From the NCBI RefSeq assembly GCF_009914755.1, contig NC_060938.1: a stretch of DNA of 64,000 bases. The stretch is one strand, 5' to 3'. Each line of letters opens with the position of its first letter. The stretch's first letter is position 1. Under the pieces are notes generated by a model. That model saw only the letters and a list, made by a program, of their open reading frames with translations, ran no database searches and had not been told where the DNA came from. Position numbers and translations under genes: made by a program. Origin of the DNA: the human T2T-CHM13v2.0 reference genome, Homo sapiens. Of this stretch, positions 44,994 to 59,447 are shown in pieces.

Positions 44994-47900
44994 GTGCAAT
45001 AGTTTGGATGTGTGTCTCTCCAAATTTCATGTTGAGATGTGATTCCCAGTGTTGGAGGTGGGCCTGGTGGGAGGTGATTAGATCATGGGGCTGGACCCCT
45101 CATGAATGGCCTAGCACCATCTCCCAGGTGATGAGTGAGTTCTCCCTCAGTTAGTCCCTGTGACAGCTGGTTGTTTAAAAGTCTAGGACGTGCCACTTCT
45201 CTTCTCTTGCTCCCTCTTGCCATGTGACATGCCTGCTCCCCCTTCGCCTTCTGCCGTGATTGCAATCTCCCTGAGGCCTCGCCAGAAGCAGATGCCAGGG
45301 CCGTGTTTCCGGAATGGCTGCAGAACTGTGAGCTAGTTAATCCTCCCTTCCTTGCCACAGTGCCTGGTGCAAACCTCTTTTCTTTATAAATTACCAGATT
45401 CATGTTTTTTTTTTTTTTCTAGTAACACAAATAGACTAACTCAGAACATTGGTATTGAGGAGTGGAACATTGCTATAAGGATACCTGAAAATGTGGAAGC
45501 AGCTTTGGAATCAGGTAACAGGCAGAGAGGTTAGAAGAATTTGGAGGACTCAGAAGAAGACAGGAAGATGAGGGAAAGTTTGGAATTTCTTAGAGACTAT
45601 TAAATGGTTGTCACCAAAATGCTGATAGACATATGGACTGTGAAAGCCAGGCTGATGAAATCTCAGATGGAAATGAGAAACTTATTGGGAACTGGGGTAA
45701 AGGTCACGCTTGTTAAATCCTAAGAAACAACTTGGCTGCATTGTGTTCATGCCCTAGGGATCTGTGGAAGTTTGACCTTAAGAGTGATGACTTAGGGCAT
45801 CTGTGGAAGACATTTCTAAGCAGATGTTTCTAAGGTGTGACCTGGTTGCTTCTAAGAGTCTATGGTAAGATATGGGAGCAAAGAAATGACTTAAAGTTGG
45901 AACTTATATTTAAAAGGTGTAAACGACAAAATAAAATGCTAATCCAAGGGGATTCCAAAGAAACCTGGAAAACCAGTTCAGGCCATGACAGGAAGGGGAG
46001 GGTGGTTTGGACTCCCTCACTATACCCTCTCCCTGTTGGAGCTTAGGCTCAGCTGACCAGTGTTAACATTAAAACAGGGAGCTTAAGACTGACAAAGCAG
46101 ACTCTTTGTAGCAATAAGATATCAAATCCCAACCTGATTCTGGTATAGCATCACATGACAGGTGGCAGGCATGGAAGGAAATTAAAGTATTTTATGCCAG
46201 AATATATTTCTCTGACACATTTTGGAAGGGCCCTGCAAAGCCGTCTCTTGTGGAGGAAATGTATATTCTGTTGAGAATCTTTTTCCCTTTCCAGGTCTCT
46301 TCCTGATTCAGGAGAGATTTATCCAAGAGTCTGGCACCTTTTAGGTTCTGATAAGAGACATTGACCATCTCTTCTCTCTGGAACGTGGAGGCTTCATCTA
46401 CATAACAAGAAACTTGGCTTCCACAACCCCCTTATCTTAAGCATTGCTTTTTGCTGACTTCAACTTTTTAGATAATTTAACTTTTTCAGCCAATTGCCAA
46501 TCAGAAAATCTTCAAATCCACCTATGATTTGGAATTCCCCACTTTGAATTGTCCTGCTTTTCCAAACCAAACCAAACCAATGTATACTTTACATGTATTG
46601 ATTGATATGTCTCCCTAAAACATAAAAGCAGGCCGCAACCCAACCACCTTGCACAGGTGTTCTCAGGACCTTTTGAGGCTGTGCCACAGTTCATGGCTCT
46701 CACATGTGGCTCAGAATCAATCTCGTCAAGTGTTTTATGGAGTTTGGCTTTTTTCATCAACAAAGGGAAGCAGAGCATAAAAAATGTGGAAAATTCACAG
46801 CCTGGCCATGTGGTAGAAAAGAAAAGGTATTTTCAGGAGACAAATATAAGTAGGCTATGGAGCAGCCAGTTGCTAGAGAGATTAGCATAACTAAAAGGGA
46901 GCTAAGTGCTCATATCCAGAACAAAGGGAAAAAGGCCTTGAAGGCCTTTCGGAAATCTCTGAGGTGGTCTTTCCCATAACAGGCCCAGAGGCCAAGAGGG
47001 AAAGGATGGTTTTGTGGGCCATGGCCATGGCCACTGCTGCCTGTGCAGCCTTGGGACACTGCTCTCCACATCCTGGTTCCTCTGGCTCCAGCCTTGGCTC
47101 AAAGGGCCCCAAGTACAGCTTAGGCTGCTTCTTTGGAGAGTGCAAGCCACTATAAGCCTTGGGAACTTCCATCTGGTGTTAAGCCTGTAGGCCCCCAGAA
47201 TGCAAGAGTGAAGGAGGCTTGGCATCTTCACTCTAGATTTCAGAAATGTATGAGAAACCCTAGGTGCCCAGAGAGAAGCCTCCTGCCAGCATGGAGCCCT
47301 CACAGAGAACCTCTACTAGAGCAGTGCCAAAGAGAATGTGGGGTTGAACCCCCATATAATGTCCCCACCAGGGCACTGCCTAGTGGAGCTGTGGGAAGGG
47401 GGCCACTGTCCTCCAGACCCCAGAATGGTAGATCCACTGGCAGTTTGCACCCTGAATCTGGAAAAGCCACAGGCACTCAACTCTATCGTGTGAGAGAAGC
47501 CACAGGGGCTACATCCTCCAAAGCCACAGGGGTAGAGTTGTCCAAGGCTTTGGGAGCCCACCCCCTGCACCAGTGTGCCCTGGATATGGGACATGAAGTC
47601 AAAGGAGATTACCTTGGAGCTTTAAGATTTAATAACTGCCCTGCTGGATTTCTGACGTGTATGGGGCATGTAGATCCTTTCTTTTTGCCAACTTCTCCCT
47701 TGTGGAATGGGAATGTTTACCCAATGTCTGCACTCTCATTGTATTTTGGGAGTCAATTTGTCTTTGATTTCCTAGGCTGATAGGTGGAAGGGACTCATCT
47801 TCAGATGAGACTTGGGACTTGGGAATTTTTTGTTGATTCTGGAATGAGGTAAGACTTTGGGGGACTGTTGAGAAGGCATGATTGTATTTTGCAACATGAG

Positions 47901-48345
47901 AAGGACATGAGATTTGGGGGACCAGGGGTGGAAGGATATGGTTTATATATTTGTCCCCTCCAAATCTCATGTTGTAATATGATTCCCAGTGTTGGAAGTG
48001 GGGCCACTAGGAGGTGATTAGATCAAGGGGGCAGATCCCTCATGAATGATTGAGCATCTTCCCCTTGGTGATGAGTGAATTCTCCCCCAGTCAGCTCACA
48101 CACAGTCTAGTTGTTTAAGTCTGGGGCCCCCCTCAGCCTCTTGCTCCCATTCTTGCCATGTGGCATACCTGCTCTCCCTTCACCTTCTGCTATGATTGTA
48201 AGTTTCCTGAGGTCCTCGCCAGAAGCAGATGCTGATGCCATGCTTCCTATAAAGCCTGCAGAACTGTGAGCTAATTCAATCTCTTTCCTTTATAAGTTAC
48301 CCAGCCTCATGTATTTCTTTACAGTAATGCAAAGGGACAAACACA
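44994..48345 (+). mobile_element. Full MST-type MaLR element (LTR ~44994-45442, internal, LTR ~47934-48345)
   Basis: Two homologous LTRs (ctccaaat.tcatgttg..attcccagtgttgga..gccagaagcagatgc..ctgcagaactgtgagcta) around THE1/MST-type internal sequence. Confidence 0.8.
45918..46762 (+). mobile_element. MER4A-like ERV1 solo LTR nested in the MST internal region
   Basis: TG..CA termini (tgtaaac..aaaataaaat / ttttcatcaaca) with 4-bp TSD aagg on both sides. Confidence 0.7.
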
Positions 48346-48849
48346 GGTGGCTCCTGACACACCCCTCATCTTCTCCTTTGTCATCATCTGGCTACTTCCA
48401 TGTGTGTCTGTGTCCTCTCCTCTCATGAGGACACCAGTCTTTGGATTTGGGACCCATCGAAAATTTAGTATGATATCATCTCAAGTCCTTAAACTAATTT
48501 GTAAAGACCCTATTTCTAAATATGGTCACATTCTGAGGTTCCAGGTGGGCATACATTTGGCCAGGGAGATGCCATCAACCCAGCACACCAGCCTACGCAG
48601 GTACATTTGCATATAGCTTAGGGTTGACCTTTCCCATGGAAGTATTACATCCCCCTCTGGACTCCAGTTTCACATGTTTTAGAATGCTTCGCCTTGTCCA
48701 GCAGGATGAGTCTCTTTTCATTTTTAGTATTTTTCTCTCTCTTCTTTGCATTAGATTAAAAATAATTGACATAGTCTATTGATGCATCTTTAAGTTTTCA
48801 GTTCCTTCTCATGTCTGCTCCATTCTGTTATGAAACTTGAGTAATGTTT

Positions 48850-48994
48850 TTCTATTTCTTTTCTTTTTTAATAAAATAGAGATGGGATTTCTCCATGTTG
48901 CCCAGGCTGGTCTCAAACTCCTGGGATCAAGTGATCCTTCCTTCTTGGCCTCCCAAAGTGCTAGGATAACAGGCATGGGCCACTGTGCCTGGCC
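48850..48994 (-). mobile_element. Alu monomer (FLAM-like)
   Basis: gttgcccaggctggtctcaaactcctggg..cctcccaaagtgctagga..cctggcc. Confidence 0.85.
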
Positions 48995-50255
48995 AAATGA
49001 TGTTTTTCATTTCAGAATCATACTTTTAGTTCTAGAATTTTCATTTGGTTCTTGTTAATATTTTCCCTTTCTTACAGAGATTCCCCATCTAGTCACTCAT
49101 TATAACCATATTGTCCTTTAAGTCTTTGAACATATTTAACATGACTTCTTTAAAGTCCTTGTGTGAAAACTGGGTCTGCATCTAGGTCATCTTGGAGTTG
49201 ATCTCCATTGATCCGTTTTTCTTCTGACTATGGATCACATTTTCATGTTTCTTTGCATATATGGTAATTTTGGATGTGCACCTGATGTTGTTGATAACAT
49301 GTGGTACAGGCTATGGGTTTTGCGTTCTTCCTTGGCAGGGCATTGATTGTTTTTTTCAATGTTAGGAAACAGCTTGAGTTGACTCAAACTCCCAAGTCTG
49401 TCTGCCTGGCAGTTGGCAGTAGCTGGAATCTCAGTTCTCTCGACCTTACAGGTGCTGCTTTCTGCTGGGCCCTTTGGAGTTTTCCCTACCCATGCACACC
49501 TAAGGGATCGGCCAGAGGTTTCAGTGGAGTTTACTTGCAGATTGTGGGGTTTCCCTTTGGTGACCTTCTCCTTTATGGACATCTTCTCTTCATTTCCAGC
49601 TGCTCTGAAAATGCAGCCCTGCATCCCACTCCTCACCAGGAGGGCTGCAGTTTCCTGCTTGAACTCTAGCTGCACCCATTACATGCCCTGGGGTGTGACT
49701 TCAGACCAATATTTCCGGGAATAATCCTTACTAGTGTTTGCCTACTTCTGGTCATGTTCCAGTGCCTGCAATTGGTGTGTGTGGGTGTTGTGTGTGCTTA
49801 CAGCTTTTCCAGTGTTTATAATTGCCATCTGCCAAAGGGCTAGTCTGATATTAGCTGCTCCAGCATTACTGGAATCAGAACTACTTTCTCTCATGTGGTT
49901 TTTCATTTTCATTTCCCTGTTGACTAGTGTGGTTCAACACCTTTTCATATGTTTAGCGGCTATTTGGATATCTTCTGTAAAACATCTGTTCAATTCTTTT
50001 GCCTATTCCTTGTTGAATTATTTGATTTTTTTTCTCGTTGGTTTACAGGGGTCTTCTTTATATTATGGATCTGTTTGTGTCAGTCAGTTATATATGTTTA
50101 TAGGAAACATTGAGAAAAACAAAAGATTAGTAGGTGCCTTCCATGGAAAGCAAGGCATCGTCTTGTACCCTCTTCCAGGTTATTTCATTCTATTGAGCTC
50201 TGCATCTTTTATTTCCTTTGACCTATTTTACACCTCTATAAGCCAGGGGTTCCCT

Positions 50256-51647
50256 TCATCACACCATATCACACTATGTCACACCAGGGATGTCACACCA
50301 CATCACACTATGTAACTCCTCATCACACTGGGGATGTCGTACCAGGTCACACCCCATCATGCCACATCACACTGTGTCACACCGCATCACATCACACCAA
50401 GTATGTGACACCCTGACACAGCACATCAGACATCACATCATGTCACACCACACTTCATCACACCCCACCCCACCAGAGTTGTCACACCCCATCACACCAC
50501 ATCACATTACGTCACGCCATGTCAAACTACATCATACCCCATTACCCCAGGGATGTTATGCCACATCACATTATGTCACACCACAATACACCACATCAAA
50601 TTGTGTCACACCACATCACACCCCATCACACCAGGGATGTTATGCCACATCACCTTATGTCATGCCACATCACACCACATCACACCCCATCACACCGTGG
50701 ATGTCACCCGTCATCACACCACTTCACATAATGCCACACAACATCACACCCCATCACACCAGGGGCGTCACGCCCCATCAGAACACGTCACATTATGCCA
50801 AACCACATCACATCATGTCACACCACACCACATCACACTATGTCACAGCCTGTTACACTTCATCACACCACATCACACTAGGGATGTCACACCTTGTCCC
50901 ATTACATCACATCATGTCACACCATTCCACATCAAACCATATTATGCCCCATCATACCAGGGATGTCATACCATATAATACTATGTCACACTGCATCACA
51001 CCAGGGATGTAACACCACATCACACCATGTCCAACCTTGTAGTCCAACACCACATCACAGAAGGGACATTACACCATGTCATACCACATCACACCATGCA
51101 ACTCCTCATCACATGAGGGAGGTCGAACCCTGTCACACCCCATCATGCCACATCACACCATGTCACACTGCATTACATCACACCAACGATGTGACACTCT
51201 GTCACACCACATCACACATGTCACACCAGAGATGTCACACTCCATCACATCACATCACATCACACCCGTTAAATGATATCATACCCCATCACACCAGGGA
51301 TGTCACACCGCATCACATCAGGTCATATCACATCACACTACGTCACACCACATCACACCAGGGGTGTCACACTCTGTCACAGGATGTCCCACCATGTCAC
51401 ACCATACCACATCACACCATATCATATCCTATCATACTAGGGATGTCATGCCCCATCCCACTATGTCACACCACATCACACCATGTCCAACCATGTCACA
51501 TCACATCACACCACATCACACCATGTCACACCAGGGATGTCACACTCTGTCATACCACATCACACCATGTCCTGTCACATCACACATTACACCCTGGCAC
51601 ACCATGGATATCACACCACATCACACCATGTCATGTTACATCACAGC
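50256..51647. repeat. (CATCACAC)n-like low-complexity repeat 3' of IGHGP (~1.4 kb)
   Basis: Direct inspection. Confidence 0.93.
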
Positions 51648-54600
51648 ATGGACTGCTAGGGGGTGCGTGGAGGCAGCCTTGCTGGAGAGTTGAGGGAGGG
51701 TCCTGGGGCTGGGCGTGGTGTTCCTGCAGGAGGACTGGCCCTCTGGAGGATGCTCGGTTCCAGGTGGAAAGGGGGAGGTGGGGCCTGGGTGCTTCAGGGA
51801 GGGGCCATCCTTGGGCTTGGGATAGAGCCAGTGATGCAGCAGCTGCCCGCCCTGCACCCCAGGTGCTCTCTCCCTCACCCCCCGCGGGGCTGCAGCAGCG
51901 TGTCCTGAGAGTTAAAGGGCTGGGCTTCAGCACCCAGTTCAGGCCAGGCCCCCTGGAGCGCACCCTCCAGCAGCGAGCCTTCCCACGGCATGGCAGGGCC
52001 TGGAGTCTGGGGATTTAGTCCACAACTCCGTGTTTGGTGAAGCTCCAGCTGCTCGATGCCACACAAAGGAATCCAACCACTCCTCTTTCCTGGGTGAGAT
52101 GGTCTCTCTCCTGCCACAGGCAACTCCGACGGCATTTCGCAGCCACCGCAGCCACCACAGCCACTGCAGTAACAAGACCCTGTCCTTGACTGAGTTCCAG
52201 CCAGGCTCCTCGGAGCCTCTCCACTCGGCCTCAACCTTGGCTTGTAAAGACTTGAGCAGACACTAACAGTTTCTAACAGCTTCTGGCCGTACCCCTAGGC
52301 CGACCCCTGCCCCGTCAACACCTGCCTGAGAAAGCTCCGTGCACCAGAACTCACCGTTTGGACCAACCCCGACCTCCCTTTCTCAGGGTGTCTGCTGAAA
52401 GGGCCGCAACCACACGACCTTCTATCCGTTCCCGATGTCTGTGCATTTCCTGTGACCCAGGAGGGTCTTTCTCAAGACTTGAGAGCCGCTCCCTGAAGTG
52501 TCCCCATTGGGAAGGATGGGGCCTGTGTCTCCAGGCTCTGGGAGGACAGAATCCTGACCTCAACAGTGGCCGGCACGGACACAGCGGGTCCCATCCCGGG
52601 GACGCTGACCAGCGCTGGGCAACTTTTCCCTTCCCCGAAGACTGAGCCCCGAGCACCCACCCTGCTCCCCCTACCACCTCCCTTTACAAGGCTGTGGCCT
52701 CTGCACAGATGAAGGTGAGTCCAGGTCATGCCGGACTCTTTCTTCTGTTGCAATAGTTATTTCTGTTGAGAATCCGTCCTTGCTACATGACCTAGTGCCC
52801 AGGGGGATGCTGAGACAGGATGAATGTATTCTGCATGTGAGAAGAACATGAATTTTGGGGCCCAGAGTCTGGACTGTGATGGGTTAAATTGTGGCCCCTA
52901 CAAATTCATATATTCAAGTCTTAATCCCTGGCCTCACAATGTGACTATTTGGAGATGGGGTCTTTACAGAGGTCATTAAGTTCATAGGGGGTCACTAATC
53001 TAATCCGATGTGTGTTCTAAGAAGAGAAGCTTAGGACACGGGCACACAGAGGTATGGCCACGTGAGGACCAGGGAGGAGACGGTGTCTACAAGCCAAGGA
53101 GAGAGGGCTTGAGAGAAACCAGCCCTGCCTGCATCCTGATCTCAGATTCCTGGTCTCTAGGCCTGGGAGGATCCATGTCTGCCGTGGGAGCCGCCCCGCT
53201 GTGGTCCTGAGCTGACTCACACAGATCTGACACCCACCTCTCGCTTCGGACCATGGTTGGTTCTGGAAGGCCCTCCCTGTGGCTCTGCCTGGCCAGCCTG
53301 AGCCAGCTCCCAGCCTCGACCCAGCTTTCCCTGGAGGCCCTGTCCCCCGCAGAGTGACCAGGGCAGGCAGCACCGTGCCCAGCAGGAGGAGAAACTGCAT
53401 CCATGTAGAAAAGAGGAGAAGCCCCAGGGGTCCATGTAGCGACAGGGGCCAGGGAGGGCCGCTCGGGTAATGCGTGTGGCTGCAGGAGGCGGGGGGCGTG
53501 TGCAGGGAGCCCCCGAGGTGCAGCTGGACCAGCCTCCTCCTGAATGTGCTTCCCACCGGGGGCAGGAGGCGCGTGGACACAGGAAGGCGGCTCCCATCAC
53601 GAAGTACAAGACTTAAAAAGGATATTTTATTGTCATCACAAAAGAAACATCAAAGACAATTAATGAACTTTAGAAAATTTAAAAGAAGAAAAGCTACCAA
53701 AGCTGAAATGGTGGCACCTCCTTCGAGTGAGCCTGGGAGTCCTCCCTGACGGCCGAGGCAGGCGCTGGCCGCACTCCCGCTCGAGTCTCCCTTCCTGTCT
53801 GCAGATTCTGTGTGACAGTCACGGAACGGCGTGATGGGGGCAGCAGAGCGTGGGGGCCTCTGTCCAGCACTCGTGGCCAGCAGCCCTGCTTTCGCAAGAA
53901 CACGGGCACCCTCTTTGGCGTCTTACCTCTCCACCTGGTGCCCCCAGAGTGGCTGCTTGTTCCTGCTGCACGTGACCCGGGACTGGACGCCAGCCTCTGT
54001 GATGAGTTCTGGCTGTGTCCACGCTCCTGGCTCTCCCGGTGTCCCTCCACCTCTCTCCCCGATGCTCCTGGGCCTCCTCTGTCCTCAGGCCCCACCAAGG
54101 CTGAGTCTTGCCCGCCTGGGACCTGGTCACCAGCCTTCTCTGGGAGGCCTGTCTGGGCAGATGCCCAGCCCTTCCTTGGGCTATCCTCACCCTTGCACTG
54201 TGGGGCTCCTGCAGCGGCCACATGGCCCAGGCTCTTCTCTGAGTGATCTCGGTGGACTGGAGTGGGTGGGAGGTGGCAGTGTCCTGGGCCTGGCCCCTTC
54301 TCTCCCCAGTGCGGACTCTGGGGCTGGCTGTCCCTGCGGATCCAGTTCCACCCGAGAATCCAGCAGTGTGGGCAGGCAGCCAAGGGGTGGTGCTGGCACC
54401 GAGACTGTTCTCAGGAGCCAGAGAGCAGCGTTCTTTGCTTGAAATCAGAACAACCTCATTCCTCATGTCAGGAGTTCACGGGAGTGCCCGGAATGGAGGC
54501 TGGCTGGCTGCGGGCTGGGAGGAAGGCCGTCTGAGTGAGCCTTCGCAGCTCTCGGAAGCCTCCCCAACAGGGCCTGATGGTGCTGTGGCTTCCCTACCTT

Positions 54601-55349
54601 GGCGGCTGATTTTCCCACTCACCAACTGGAAACCACGCCTGTGTTCAGGAGGCTGGTGTGGACGGGGTTGGCTCCAGGGCGAGGTCCTGCCTGGGTGGGG
54701 GCCTGGGATGCCGGTCACTGACTCCTTTTGTGTGAGCACCTGGTGGTCTGGAGGGCAGGGACGTCCTGCTGAGGGGACACCTGGCCCCCAGCGCCCTGCA
54801 TGCATCAAGCAGCGGAGGTCTGGGGTAGACCTGCTATGCACAGGGTCTGGAAGGGGGGCGTGTCAGGGGTCAGAAGGTGACTTCGAGGCCAGAGAGCCAT
54901 GGGGTTCAGGGCGGTGAGGTCGGGGGCAGGTGTGGCCTGGGTGGTGGCTGAGCATGGCCCACGGCTCGTGTGTGGGGTCTGGGCGGCCCTGGACACCCCG
55001 CAGAGGGTGGCCCTAGGCCCCCTGCCCGATCATGTTCCTGTAGTCGGGGACGATGGTCTGCTTCAGGTCCACCACCGAGGAGAAGATCCACTTCACCTGT
55101 AGGCAAGGCACAGCACAGGGGTGAGCGAGGCCACAGCCCTGTCCCCGAGCCCCACCCACCCCTCAGGGCACTGAGGGCCACATCTCTTCCCCCAAGGTCC
55201 ACCCACCCCTCATGCCACCCAGGCCACAGCCCTGCCCCTGAGGCCCATCCGCCCTTCAGTCCACCCAGGTGCCAGGGCCTCACCACTGCCTGCTCTGAGG
55301 CCTGGACATGGAGAGCAGAGCCAGGGCACCAACAGCATGTGGGCAGTAC

Positions 55350-57200
55350 AGAAGACAGCGTCAGGGACAGGTGGAGACAGTGTGGGGGATAGTGTTGGGG
55401 ACAGGTGGGGACAGAGTGGGGGACAGTGTCAGGGACAGGAGGAGACAGAGTGGTGGACAGTGTTGGGGACAGGAGGAAACTGTGGGGGACATTTTTGGGG
55501 ACAGGAGGGGACAGTGTGGGGGACAGTGTTGGGGACAGGTGGGGAAAGCATGGTGTACAGTGTTGGGGACTGGTGGGGACAGCGTGGGGGAAAGTGGGGG
55601 ACAGGAGGGGACAGCGTGGGGGACAGTGTTAGGGAGAGGTGGGAACAGTGTAGGGGACAGCGTCAGGGGGAGGTGGGGACAGCGTGGGGGACAGTGTCAG
55701 GGAAAGGTGGGGACAGTGTGGGGGACAGTGTCAGGGAGAGGGGACAGTGTGGGGGACAGCGTCAGGGAGAGGTGGGGACAGCATGGGGGACAGTGTCAGG
55801 GAGAGGTGCGGACAGCATGGACAGTGTTGGGACAGGTGGGGACAGTGTGAGGACATTGTTGGGACAGGTGGGGACAGTGTGGGGGACAGTGTCGGGGACA
55901 GGTGGGAACAGCGTGGGGGACAGTGTCAGGGACAGGTGGGGACAGCATTGGGGAGAGTGTCAGGGACAGATGGGGACAGTGTGGGGGACAGCATCAGGGA
56001 CAGGTGGGGACAGCATGGGGGACAGTGTCAAGGACAGGTGGGGACAGCATGGGGTACAGTGTCGGAGATGGGTGGGGACAGCATGAGAGACAGTGTCGGG
56101 GACAGTGTCAGGGACAGGTGGGGACAGCATGTGGGACAGTGGGACAGGTGGGGACAGCATGGGGGACAGTGTCAGGGACAGGAGGAGACAGCATGGGGGA
56201 CAGTGTTGCATACAGGAGGGGAAAGCATGGGGACAGTGTCAGGGACTGTAGGGGACAGAGTGGGGGACAGTGTCAGAGACAGGAGGAGACAGCATGGGGA
56301 CAGTGTTGGGGACAGGAGGGGACAGCGTGGGGGACAGTGTCGGGGACAGGTGGGGACAGTATGGGGGACAGTGTCGGGGACAGGTGGTGACAGCGTGGGG
56401 GACAGTGTCAGGGACAGGAGGAGACAGGAGAAGACAGCATGGGGGACAGTGTGAGGTACAGGAGGAAACTGGGGGACATTGTTGGGGACAGGAGGGGACA
56501 GCGTGGGGGACAGTGTCAGGGATAGGAGGAGACGAGAAGACAGTGTAGGGGACAGTGTCGGGACAGGAGGGGACAGGAGGAAACAGCATGGGGGACATTC
56601 AGGGACAGGAGGGGACTGTGGGGGACAGTGTTGGGGACAGGTGGGGATAGCATGGGGTACAGTGTTGGGGACTGGTGGGGACAGTGTGGGGAATAGTGTC
56701 CGGGACAGGTGGGGATAGTGTGGGGGACAGCGTCAGGGACAGGTGGGGATAGTGTGGGGGACAGCGTCAGGGACAGGTGGGGATAGTGTGGGGGACACTG
56801 TCAGTGACAGTTTGTGACAGCACAGGGGACAGTGTCAGGGACAGGGAACGTGTGGGGGACAGTGTCAGGGACAGTTTGTGACAGTGTGGGGGACAGTGTC
56901 AGGGACAGGTGGGTGCAGCATTGGGGATAGTGTCAGGCACATGTGGAGACAGTCTGGGGGACACTGTTGGACAGGTGGGTACAGCGTTGGGGAGTGTCAG
57001 GGACAGGTGGCGACAGCGTTGGGGATAGTGTCAGGGACATGTGGAGACAGTCTGGGGGACACTGTTGGACAGGTGGGTACAGAGTGAGGGACAGTTTGTG
57101 AGAGCGTGGGGGACAGCGTCAGGGACAGGTGGGGACAGCCTGGGGACAGTGTCAGGGACAGTGTGTGACAGCATGGGGGCAATGTCAAGGACAGCTGGGG
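55350..57200. repeat. Expanded G-rich minisatellite in the IGHGP M1-M2 intron (~1.85 kb)
   Basis: ggggacag units. Confidence 0.93.
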
Positions 57201-58533
57201 ACAACGTGCGGCCGACCTTGAAGAAGGTGACGGTGGCACTGTAGCACACGCTTAGCAGGAAGAGTGTGATGAAGATGGTGATGGTCGTCCACAGCCCGTC
57301 CAGCTCCCCGTCCTGCGCCTCCGCACAGCTCTCCTCCAGTTGCAGCTCTGGACAGGAAGGGGGTGGTCAGTGCTGTGTCCCGCTGGGCTCGGGCCTCTCA
57401 GGGTGATTCCCTCTGTGGCGGGGCCTAGGATGTAGGGCCCGGCCTCGATGGCCCAACAGTGTCCTGAGGTCAGCTCCCGGAAGCTGTCCATCCTGGGCAC
57501 CGGCTTTGGCCCTGGGGCTCAGCCAGACACCCGGCCCTAAATAGCGACCTGGCCCTCAGCAGGACCCGCTCCCCGTCTCCCGTGTCCCTCCCTGAGCCCC
57601 AGAGGGCAGGAGATATGAAGCCCACCCCTCATGTGACCCCAGGAGCAGGGAAGGGCTGTATTGGGAAGTGGGCCAGTGCCAGGGACGCGACGTGGCGTGT
57701 GTTCCCCTGTGTGTGGGGGCCTGTGTGTGTGTGGCGGCTGCAGGGGCACTTTGTGAGAGGAGGGCTGGGTTTGTCTGAGCTGGTCAGCAAGTGGAGAAGC
57801 TGCCGAGAGGCTCGTGGGCCTTGAGGTGCCGCATGGGGCTTGTAGGGGCCTGTGTCCGAGGAGTGTTCACGTGTGCGAGGACGTTGCTCTGGTCTGGGTG
57901 CTGTGCAGTTCGCCCGGGTGAGGCTCCGTGTGTGAGGCGTGCACGTGTGTGTGTGGTGGCCGTGTGGCCGGCCAACCTCAGTGCGGGGTTTGTTGAACGG
58001 GTCTGGGCTGAGTGTGTGTGTGGGCATCTGCACCAGTCTCTCCACAGGGCCCGAGAGTGCATGTCCCCCGGAGTCGGTTGTGTCCCCATGTGGGTGCGAG
58101 GCTGGGCAGGGCTGCCAGGGGTTAGTGCCGTGGGGGTAGATGGGTGAGGGAGGGCCTGTCCCTACGCACATGGACTAGGCATGCCCCCGAGTGGGCATCG
58201 GGGTCGGAGGACAGGGCGCTCACAGGACAGGACAGTCTCCTACAGAGGCAGGGGCTGTGTGTCTGTCCCCAGGGGCTCCTAGGGCTTCTCGTGGCCCAGC
58301 CCAGGGCAGCTGCTGCTGGAGGGAGGGCCACGCTGGCAAATCCCCCACCCTGCCGAGGGCAGTCCCTGGCTGAGCCCCACCCTAGGCGGCCCAGGCACAC
58401 CTGCACAGCCTGGGCCAGTGTGGGGACAGTGGGACCCGCTCTGCCTCCCTCATGCCACTCAGGCCTCAGACTCGGCCTGACCCGTGGAAAGAACCATCAC
58501 AGTCTCGCAGGGGCCCAGGGCAGCGCTGGGTGC

Positions 58534-58539
58534 TTTATT
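58534..58539 (-). terminator. Retained secretory polyA signal of IGHGP
   Basis: AATAAA at the homologous position. Confidence 0.8.
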
Positions 58540-58642
58540 TCCATGCTGGGTGCCTGGGAAGTATGTACACGGGGTACGTGCCAAGCATCCTCGTGCGACC
58601 GCGAGAGCCCGGGGAGCGGGGGCTTGCCGGCCGTCGCACTCA

Positions 58643-59447
<805 letters not shown>

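Larger units (their letters stand above)
44830..48590 (-). mobile_element. MLT1-like LTR split into 44830-44993 and 48346-48590 by an MST insertion
   Basis: gctgccgtaacaaaatatcacaaa..ggcttaaaacaaca on the left; aagaccctatttctaaatatggtcacattctgagg on the right. Confidence 0.6.
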
